DNA of 64,000 nt from Obrimoposthia wandeli. Its lineage: Eukaryota. Below the pieces are notes generated by a model, which searched no databases, was not told the origin of the DNA, and saw only the letters and a program-made list of their open reading frames with translations. Of the stretch, positions 56,499 to 64,000 are shown in pieces (the first letter of the stretch is position 1; each line of letters starts with the position of its first letter). Both the position numbers and the translations under genes were made by a program. The stretch spans positions 868,001 through 932,000 of the forward strand of contig CDROCS010000253.1 of the NCBI GenBank assembly GCA_977020255.1, in the 5' to 3' direction.

Positions 56499-59096
56499 TT
56501 AAGCTTCTTCGGCATCAGCTGTTTCTAAAGACGGGATAAACGTTATCGCTATTTTTTCTGCGCAACGTGCTGGACGAATTTGCTCTCGCTCAGTAACAAA
56601 CTGGATATTGCTATCCGCTTTTTCTGAGTTAACAAAAGGTTGAAAACGTTTTAATGCTTCAGGGTCTTCTATGGTCGTTTTCCATTCACACTGATAAGTA
56701 CCAATAATGGCTTTCATTTGTGCTTCTAGCACCTCATTAATACCTAAACTGTCTTTCATGATAACGTCTTGTAAATAAGCTAAACCGCCCTCTAAGTTAT
56801 CCATCCAAGTAGAGGTACGTTGTAATCGGTCACCCGTTTGTACGTAGAACATTAAAATGCGATCAACATATTTTACTAAAGTTTCATCATCTAAATCGGT
56901 GGCAAATAAATCACCGTGGCGTGGTTTCATACCACCGTTACCAGCAACATATAAGTTCCAGCCATTATCGGTGGCGATAATGCCGATATCTTTCCCCTGG
57001 GCTTCAGCACATTCACGGGTACAGCCAGAGACACCAAACTTAATCTTATGTGGGGCACGTAAGCCTTTGTAACGATTTTCTAAATCGATGGCCATGCTCA
57101 TACTATCTTGCACACCATAACGACACCAAGTAGAGCCAACACATGATTTAACGGTACGTAATGACTTACCGTAGGCATGACCCGTTTCAAAACCAGCATC
57201 AACTAACTCTTTCCAAATAGGCGGTAACTGTTCAACGCGTGCGCCGAATAAATCCACACGGGCACCACCAGTAATTTTGGTATACAAATTATATTTTTTA
57301 GCGACTTCACCGAGTACGATAAGTTTATCTGGGGTGATTTCACCACCGGCAATACGTGGTACTACCGAATAAGTACCATCTTTTTGCATATTACCTAGGT
57401 AAGTATCATTGGTGTCTTGCAGGGATAAATGAGGCTTTTTCAGAATGTAATCATTCCATACCGAGGCAAGTACTGAACCCGCTACCGGTTTACAAATTTC
57501 ACAACCTAAACCACAACCATGTGCGGAAAGTAGCTCATCAAAGGTTTTGATTTTTTCAACACTGATAATGTCAAATAACTCACGACGTGAATAAGCAAAA
57601 TGCTCACAAATATCTTTTTTAACTTCAACACCGCGTTTTTCAAATTCGTTATCAGCCACACTCTTCGTTAAGGCAGCACAACCACCACAACCTGAGCCGG
57701 CTTTAGTACAGCTTTTAACTTCGCCTACTGTCATTGCGCCCGCATCAATTGAGGCAATGATGTCGCCTTTAGTGACGTTATGACATGAACAAATAGTCGC
57801 CGTATCAGGTAAAGCATCAACACCTAATGTCGGCTTATCTGCCGCCATTGGTAAAATAAGACCTTCAGGTGATTCAGGTAATTCAATCCCGTTAAGCATA
57901 TATTGCAATAAGGTATCGTATTCACTGGTATCGCCAATAAGCACGGCACCGAGTAATAGTTTTTTGTCGCTCGATACCACAATCTTCTTATAAACGCCTT
58001 CTGGTTGGTTTTCGTAGGTATATGTTAATGAACCTTCTGTTTTACCGTGCGCATCACCAATGGAGCCAACTTCTACGCCCATTAACTTCAATTTAGTACT
58101 CATGTCAGCACCAGTAAACTCAGCAATTTCTCCGTTTTCGCCATTTCCTTCATGAGTAATACCAGCAATGTGTTTGGCGACAACTTTAGCCATGGCATAA
58201 CCTGGTGCAACTAAACCAAAGATAAAGTTATTCCACAAAGCACACTCACCAATTGCATAAATATCATCGTCTGATGTTTGACATTGGTTGTTAACAACAA
58301 TACCGCCACGTTCGCCCATTGTCAGGTCAAACTCACGGGCAAGGTTGTCATAAGGACGAATGCCCGCTGAGAATAAAATTAAATCGGTTTCTAATTCACT
58401 GCCATCGTTAAAACATAACTTGTAACGGCTAGTATCACCTTTTTCAATCACGTTGGTCGCTTTAGAGGTATGAACTTGCACACCTAAGTCTTCAATTTTT
58501 TCTCTTAATAAACGACCGCCGCCGCCATCGATCTGCACACCCATCAATTGTGGTGCAAATTCAACAACGTGCGTTTGTAAGCCTAATTGTTTGATAGCGT
58601 TTGCCGCTTCAAGACCTAATAAACCACCACCAATAACAACACCAACTTCACTTACTTTAGCGCTAGCCGCGATGTCTTCTAAATCGTCAATAGTACGGTA
58701 AACTAAACAATGGTCTTGATCTTTTCCAGGAATAGGCGGAACAAACGGGAAAGAGCCTGTTGCTAACACAAGTTTGTCATAAAAATATGTTTCACCATTT
58801 TCTGTACAGACAAATTTAGCCACTTTATCAATGGTGGTAACTTTGGCATCAGTTTTAAAATTGACCCCTAATTGTTGATAATTCTCAGGCGTAGTCATCG
58901 CCAAATCTTCAGCAGTTTTCCCACCAAAATATTCTGATAAGTGAACTCTATCGTAAGCTAAACGAGATTCTGCCGAGAGCACAGTTATGTCGTAATCGGT
59001 ATTTTTTGCCATTTCTTCAACAAAATGATGGCCAACCATGCCATTACCTACCACAACAACTTTACACTTTTTCAATAACTGCTTATCTGTACTCAT
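56499..59096 (-). CDS. nirB: Nitrite reductase (NADH) large subunit
   Basis: VGNGMVG, ATGS.PFVPP, GGGLLGLEAA, ICSCHNV, GCGGC, CEICKP and siroheme motifs CVGSTWC / SGCTRECA. Confidence 0.98.
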   Translation of the reverse strand: MSTDKQLLKKCKVVVVGNGMVGHHFVEEMAKNTDYDITVLSAESRLAYDRVHLSEYFGGKTAEDLAMTTPENYQQLGVNFKTDAKVTTIDKVAKFVCTENGETYFYDKLVLATGSFPFVPPIPGKDQDHCLVYRTIDDLEDIAASAKVSEVGVVIGGGLLGLEAANAIKQLGLQTHVVEFAPQLMGVQIDGGGGRLLREKIEDLGVQVHTSKATNVIEKGDTSRYKLCFNDGSELETDLILFSAGIRPYDNLAREFDLTMGERGGIVVNNQCQTSDDDIYAIGECALWNNFIFGLVAPGYAMAKVVAKHIAGITHEGNGENGEIAEFTGADMSTKLKLMGVEVGSIGDAHGKTEGSLTYTYENQPEGVYKKIVVSSDKKLLLGAVLIGDTSEYDTLLQYMLNGIELPESPEGLILPMAADKPTLGVDALPDTATICSCHNVTKGDIIASIDAGAMTVGEVKSCTKAGSGCGGCAALTKSVADNEFEKRGVEVKKDICEHFAYSRRELFDIISVEKIKTFDELLSAHGCGLGCEICKPVAGSVLASVWNDYILKKPHLSLQDTNDTYLGNMQKDGTYSVVPRIAGGEITPDKLIVLGEVAKKYNLYTKITGGARVDLFGARVEQLPPIWKELVDAGFETGHAYGKSLRTVKSCVGSTWCRYGVQDSMSMAIDLENRYKGLRAPHKIKFGVSGCTRECAEAQGKDIGIIATDNGWNLYVAGNGGMKPRHGDLFATDLDDETLVKYVDRILMFYVQTGDRLQRTSTWMDNLEGGLAYLQDVIMKDSLGINEVLEAQMKAIIGTYQCEWKTTIEDPEALKRFQPFVNSEKADSNIQFVTEREQIRPARCAEKIAITFIPSLETADAEEA

Positions 59097-59191
59097 AAGG
59101 GCGTAATCCTACTCATAATGCGGGAATAAAATAAAACCGATTAGCAAATGACACACTATTATTAAGGTTTTATTCAAGATGCCTTTAGTAG

Positions 59192-59207
59192 AGCAAGCTA
59201 GATGCCA
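59192..59207 (-). promoter_or_regulatory. Sigma-54 promoter of nirB (TGGCATCTAGCTTGCT)
   Basis: TGGCA-N6-TTGCT, GG-N10-GC spacing. Confidence 0.8.
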
Positions 59208-59291
59208 ATATATTTATATGATTAATAACAGTGTGTTAAGTTATCTTTCGCTTTTTGAAATTGTACCTTTGCACTAGCGTGAATGTTATTG

Positions 59292-59308
59292 AGCACTCGG
59301 ACGGTGCA
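59292..59308. promoter_or_regulatory. NtrC-like binding site AGCAC-N7-GTGCA; weaker half-site TGCAC at 59270
   Basis: 17-bp GCAC-N7-GTGC dyad about 85 bp upstream of the sigma-54 motif. Confidence 0.65.
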
Positions 59309-59558
59309 GCGTTTTAAAAATGTAAGTAACCTGAGCGGGGCGTAACAAGGGAAATAAAAATAGGGATAAACACGCTATGTCCATTACTTATTATAGAAAG
59401 ACATAGGTGGGTGATTCAGTCAGTTAACAGTAAATATTTGCGTATTATGAAGGTGTCTCTAGGTAGATAGAATTAGGTAGCTAAGGCGATGCAGCTAAAT
59501 TACGCTGATTGCTATCACCACTACGATTTCTCAATCCATTTTTGATTGCAGTTTGGCG

Positions 59559-60248
59559 TCAATACAATTTATAAACACGTCGGTATCCATCAATTAGGTA
59601 GATTTTGCTAAAATTATGCTCTAATTTTAGAGAATCGTAGGCTCCCCGATATGAATCAACGTCGGCCATGCAATAAGTATTGAAGAGTGCCAGCCAATAT
59701 TCATCTATATCACCATTGGCATTGCATTTTTGATTCTTGATGCTGATCCTGTTTTCTAACAGGAATTGGGTGTTTTCCTGAATGTTTGTCGAAGCAAATT
59801 TAGTGGCTATTGATTGAACCACTTTTTTCTTTGGTGGGTGTTGACACTTATATAAATTGATTGAGACCACATAACCTAAAATGTCTATCACTGCTTCATT
59901 TGTCTTAGTCGCAATCATGTTAAGAATTATTCGGGTCAGTTCTTTTTTAAATTCATTGATCCCCTTAATTGGGCTCGGAATAACAAGATGAATCCATCGG
60001 TTTTTAGGAATTAGGTTGCCTATTTCTTCATTTAACTGTTCGACGACATTTGAGATTGGCACATCATCTGCCAATCTTGAGCGCCGTTTTCCATTTTCAT
60101 TGATGTGCTCAACCAGCTTGGTAACTTCTACGGCAATTCTCCGGTTATTGAGTAGTAAATAACCGTCTGGCGGGTCTTCGCCATCGATATATTTCCCGCC
60201 GAATTTAGACGCTAGGGTCGCAAGAACATATTCTTCATCTGGTCTCAT
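59559..60248 (-). CDS. Hypothetical protein, possible PD-(D/E)xK restriction-endonuclease-like fold
   Basis: N-terminal GEDPPDGY...IAVEVTK pattern; isolated inside the nitrate cluster. Confidence 0.6.
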   Translation of the reverse strand: MRPDEEYVLATLASKFGGKYIDGEDPPDGYLLLNNRRIAVEVTKLVEHINENGKRRSRLADDVPISNVVEQLNEEIGNLIPKNRWIHLVIPSPIKGINEFKKELTRIILNMIATKTNEAVIDILGYVVSINLYKCQHPPKKKVVQSIATKFASTNIQENTQFLLENRISIKNQKCNANGDIDEYWLALFNTYCMADVDSYRGAYDSLKLEHNFSKIYLIDGYRRVYKLY

Positions 60249-60458
60249 GATGTATCCTTAAAGCATATCAGTACATTATTCAGGAGTACGACAATGGATA
60301 TTTTAACTCTTGTATAGTATAGGATATTGGGCCGTTTTTTTCGTGTAGTGCTTCTCTGCTTGGTTGGCAATAGTGGGCAATGCCTCTCTTATTAGGTATT
60401 GCTGGGTTAGGATAACCAAATACGAGGGCACGTTAAATAGATTAGCACATCGACAATA

Positions 60459-60772
60459 TATACCCGCTCCACTTGAAGATGCTCGTTTCAGGAAACCTGA
60501 GCGAATCATAATCAAGGCACATTTTTTGTTAAGGGTTGCTCAGGAGAATGTGCTCCTGCACTCTCTAACAAGCTACATCCATGTAGCGTCCTTAAAAACA
60601 AATGTAACGACGGGTATGCTTTGCTCATTTTTCCCCAAAGGGCTGTTTTATAAACGCTTTATGCTGCGTTATTGATTTCGACAATAGAATAACTATTCTC
60701 TTCAATCAATGCCTTGCCTAAAGGCATTTCTAATGCCAGCTGAATCCTGCATCTTCAAGTGGAACGGGTATA
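60459..60772 (-). mobile_element. ERIC-like/MITE-like element, copy 3 (314 bp, inverted relative to copies 1 and 2)
   Basis: Terminal inverted repeats TATACCCGCTCCACTTGAAGATG / CATCTTCAAGTGGAACGGGTATA; body is the reverse complement of copies 1 and 2. Confidence 0.92.
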
Positions 60773-60922
60773 GTCATTAGTAACTGTAGATCATGGAAGA
60801 ATTTTTCAGTCGCTTTGTACTCAAAGTTACCATGATAGGACATTTAACCTAATATTTTCTTTTAGCAAAAAGTTGCCTTAAAGAGTCGCTAACAGCTCAT
60901 GATTCAAACCACCAAAACATCA

Positions 60923-62731
60923 TCAATTAAAAAGTAATGCCGATAGCCATAAAATAAAAAATAACGCGGTAGCACCCTGCCAAAACAGTACTGGATTACG
61001 CTGCAAAATAGGCTGGCTTTTATATTCTTCAAATGCTGAGGCGGTGGGTTTGCTCAAATCAGCTTTAAATTCAGAATACGCCTGTAAACGAAACTTAGGA
61101 TCGGCTTGGGTCGCTTTTGACAGCACCATATCAAGCCAAAAAGGTAAATCGCTGCGACATTGTCTAATACTACGATACTGCCACAGTGAATAATTTTCCA
61201 CTCGACTTTTTTCGTCATTAACAGCGTAACTGTGCATATCAGCTCTTTGCATCGGCTTGTAAGGTAATTCTCCGCAAAGCATTTCATAAGTGATAACACC
61301 TAAGGAAAATAAATCGCTTTGATGGTCTGCATGTAAAGTTAACAAGGTTTCTGGTGCGATATAATTCAATGTGCCTTGTGGCACAGTTTCGGTAACAACA
61401 TCATCATTTTCAGCCAGTGAGGCAATAAGTGCGGTGCCATAATCAATGAGAAAAACCTTACCATAGGTATCAATCATTATGTTGTCCGGCTTTAAATCTC
61501 GGTGAATAACTTCTAAGCGCTGAAATGAACGCAAGGCGATAATAATTTGCCCGACAATGTCACGTACTTGGGCAAGATTAGGTTTTGGATTATCAAACAT
61601 CCATTGCCCCAGTGTTTGCCCATCAATATATTCACAAATATGATAAAGAAAGCGACTATTCTCACTACCGCGTTTTATTTTCATTACGTGACTATTACTC
61701 AGCCTTTCTCCTAGCCAGGCTTCACGTATGAAACCTTGTAAATAACTACTGTCATCAGCGAGGTTTTGTGAAGGAACCTTAAGAACACAGGGCTCAGATT
61801 CATTAGGGTGTTTCGCTAAGTATAAATGTGACCGAATGCTGGCATGAATAACTTTACAAATTTCATAGTCATCAATTTTATTACCAACCGCCAGCGCATG
61901 AGGTATGGCTTTATTTAACAGTTCTCGCTCAATCTCGACAAGCGCTCTATTAGGCGTACCACCGATATAGACCAATAAGCAGCTAACATTATCTTTACTA
62001 CCATTTGCTATCGCCATTTCAGTAAGACATTTTGCCATCGCTTCTAATGCTTGCGTGCTAGGTGACTGCGTTAATGACCTTAATTTTTTTTTGATCTGTT
62101 GAGACGATAAATACTCATGCACACCATCACAGGTAAGTACAAAAATATCACCCGCTTGAATAGCAACTTGCTGCACATCAACTTGCAATCGATGATCAGC
62201 GCCCAGTGCACGGGTTAACACACTATGAGAAGGTCCCTGCTTTTGTTGATGGTCTTTGGTCAGTACTTCAATTTCATCTTGCCGATACTGGCTGATACGC
62301 GTATCACCGACATGAAAAATATAGGCGGTAGACGATTTGACTATCAAGGCTGAAAAGGTTGTTAACCATTGTAATGTATAACCTGATACCGCATCAGTTT
62401 GTGCATACAACCATTGATTTAAGCTTGATAACACCTTGCTAGCAGACTTTTGTGTTGACCAAGTTTGCGGTGTTGCGTAATAGTCGTTAATAAATTGTGT
62501 CACTGATAATTGTGCCGCCTCTGCTGCTTTACTGGCACTAGATACCCCATCCGCAATAACCGCCACAACACCTTTGGCTGTTAACTCTGCGTCACTGGGC
62601 ACTAACGAGGCAAAAGCATCTTCATTGCTTGCTTTGATACCTGCGCTACTATAACCGCCCAATAACACTTGTAACTTGGCTTTAGTTGCCTTAGATCTTT
62701 GTTCTTTATCGGCGTTATTATCAGCTTTCAT
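60923..62731 (-). CDS. Bifunctional PP2C phosphatase / Ser-Thr kinase with C-terminal TM helix
   Basis: IADGVS, HVGDTR, TCDGV and KDNVS (PP2C); VLK, HRDLKPDN, DYG, GTLNYIAPE and SDLFSLG (kinase). Confidence 0.93.
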   Translation of the reverse strand: MKADNNADKEQRSKATKAKLQVLLGGYSSAGIKASNEDAFASLVPSDAELTAKGVVAVIADGVSSASKAAEAAQLSVTQFINDYYATPQTWSTQKSASKVLSSLNQWLYAQTDAVSGYTLQWLTTFSALIVKSSTAYIFHVGDTRISQYRQDEIEVLTKDHQQKQGPSHSVLTRALGADHRLQVDVQQVAIQAGDIFVLTCDGVHEYLSSQQIKKKLRSLTQSPSTQALEAMAKCLTEMAIANGSKDNVSCLLVYIGGTPNRALVEIERELLNKAIPHALAVGNKIDDYEICKVIHASIRSHLYLAKHPNESEPCVLKVPSQNLADDSSYLQGFIREAWLGERLSNSHVMKIKRGSENSRFLYHICEYIDGQTLGQWMFDNPKPNLAQVRDIVGQIIIALRSFQRLEVIHRDLKPDNIMIDTYGKVFLIDYGTALIASLAENDDVVTETVPQGTLNYIAPETLLTLHADHQSDLFSLGVITYEMLCGELPYKPMQRADMHSYAVNDEKSRVENYSLWQYRSIRQCRSDLPFWLDMVLSKATQADPKFRLQAYSEFKADLSKPTASAFEEYKSQPILQRNPVLFWQGATALFFILWLSALLFN

Positions 62732-62866
62732 TTATTTCCTATAAAAGAGCTTAGCTATAATGAATTTAGCTACAATAAACTTACTTGTAATCAATTGAAT
62801 AATGAACTTTTTTATCATGATTACAAAGATCATGACTCAACTTGGTAACGATTAAATAAATCGCCC

Positions 62867-64000
62867 TTAATTAACTTGAATTAACTCTACGGTACCGTCT
62901 TCTCGAATTTCGGTAATAGAGCCCTTTGGTTCTTGCATAAAGAGCAAAGTAACGAAACCTAATACGGCAGTTGCTGCAATCACTAAGAAAAAAGTTTGGT
63001 AGCTGACCATAGATAATACTGTTAAATAAACCACTGCACCAACATTACCATATGCCCCAGTCATGCCCGCTATCTGCCCGGTTAATCGACGTTTAATTAA
63101 CGGCACTGCAGCAAATACTGCCCCCTCTCCTGCTTGTACAAAGAACGAACAAGCCATTGCGGTAATCACAGCCAACACGAGTGGCCAAGAGCTATCAATT
63201 AATGCCATGGCAAGATAACCAAGTGCTAGCCCTGCAGTTAATATCAATAAGGTTTTCTTACGACCATATTTATCACTTAACCAACCACCGCCAGGTCGAG
63301 ACATTAAGTTCATAAAAGCATACAGCGATGCGAGCATGCCTGCATAAACCATATCTAAGCTAAACGTTTCGGCAAAAAATAATGGCAACATAGAAACTAC
63401 CGCAAGTTCAGAGCCAAACGTCGCAAAATATAAGACATTAAGCACAGCCACTTGCTTGAACTGATACTGGTGAATTTCAGGGACTTTTTCGGTAAATAAA
63501 TGCCCATTTACTTGATAGGTTTTCCACACTTCAGCAATAAATAAAATAACTAAAGAAATATAAGCGATGATGCTCATATTGCTTGATAACAAGCTAACGC
63601 CTTGTGCTGATAATTTCCACGTCAACAAAGCTAACGCACCGTACATGGGTAATTTCATCAGCAAGAGTAAGTAAAAATCACCTACGCTGGTAACTTCCAT
63701 TGCGCCAGTTTGTTTAGGTTTAAAGTAGGTAGCACCTTTAGGAGTGTCGGTAACATTGGCATACCAAATGAAACTAAAGATCAAACTCATTAAACCTGTT
63801 AAGGCAACAGAATAACGCCACGCATCTTCAACACCAAACGTATCGCCAATATAAAGAGTAGCTAAGGGTAACGACATTGCCGCAGCAGCAGAGCCAAAAT
63901 TACCCCAGCCGCCATAAAGCCCTTCTGCTGTACCCAGTTCATTGGCAGGAAACCACTCACTGACCATGCGAATACCAATAACAAAACCAGCCCCAATAAA
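62867..64000 (-). CDS. narK: NarK/NRT2-family nitrate/nitrite MFS transporter (5' end outside window)
   Basis: Frame open to the window edge; [10 protein letters not shown] nitrate signature, [15 protein letters not shown] and [10 protein letters not shown]. Confidence 0.92.
   Translation of the reverse strand, partial: FIGAGFVIGIRMVSEWFPANELGTAEGLYGGWGNFGSAAAAMSLPLATLYIGDTFGVEDAWRYSVALTGLMSLIFSFIWYANVTDTPKGATYFKPKQTGAMEVTSVGDFYLLLLMKLPMYGALALLTWKLSAQGVSLLSSNMSIIAYISLVILFIAEVWKTYQVNGHLFTEKVPEIHQYQFKQVAVLNVLYFATFGSELAVVSMLPLFFAETFSLDMVYAGMLASLYAFMNLMSRPGGGWLSDKYGRKKTLLILTAGLALGYLAMALIDSSWPLVLAVITAMACSFFVQAGEGAVFAAVPLIKRRLTGQIAGMTGAYGNVGAVVYLTVLSMVSYQTFFLVIAATAVLGFVTLLFMQEPKGSITEIREDGTVELIQVN

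Noticed and set aside
59400-59560. Possible integron attC site downstream of the nuclease-like gene
   Set aside because: The sequence after the stop (GCCAAAC) does not fit RYYYAAC and no complementary arms were found.
196-61299. Short ORFs in the track that overlap long genes on the opposite strand or in another frame (e.g. 196-417, 4657-4977, 23402-23680, 43334-43675, 52026-52370)
   Set aside because: They are shadows of well-supported genes and show no motifs or independent start signals.
1-64000. CRISPR arrays, tRNA, rRNA, transposase or prophage genes
   Set aside because: No regularly spaced repeats, cloverleaf-like segments, rRNA-like blocks or DDE, integrase or phage structural motifs were seen; intergenic gaps are short and mostly accounted for.

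Overview
AT-rich (hand-counted samples about 38% GC) chromosomal window of a marine gammaproteobacterium, probably Colwellia-like (inference from gene content, not verified). In order: the 3' end of a CusA-type RND gene and a HupE/UreJ metal-transport pair; a purine catabolism cluster (xdhABC, allB, alc, uraD, uraH, allA, guaD, puuD, RutR-like TetR, Tsx-like porin); an accessory stretch (YbcL/AraC, GNAT, GH73, an orphan TmoX-like binding protein, MFS, Rof, a MarR/secreted protein/DUF2024 locus, MOSC, AKR, 2OG oxygenase); a PAS-rich signalling hub (REC, PAS histidine kinase, BldC-like HTH-REC, Aer-like MCP, heme-PAS EAL protein); ggt; a GC-rich betaine/proline-type ABC transporter; LysR/small His-rich ORF/MFS; PEP-CTERM protein with PrsT; glmS-DeoR-glmU; and an assimilatory nitrate/nitrite cluster interrupted by a nuclease-like orphan. 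Three copies of a 313-315 bp ERIC-like inverted-repeat element are present. No rRNA, tRNA, CRISPR array or transposase was seen. Best candidates for undescribed systems: (1) the BldC-like response regulator with a 9-bp direct-repeat array and a 19-bp-spacer promoter facing an O2/redox-sensing cluster, (2) the Cys4-MarR locus with a perfect 25-bp palindrome, (3) a 57-aa His-rich protein, absent from the ORF track, coupled to an MFS gene. Family assignments rest on motifs read by eye and recalled reference sequences; no searches were run.
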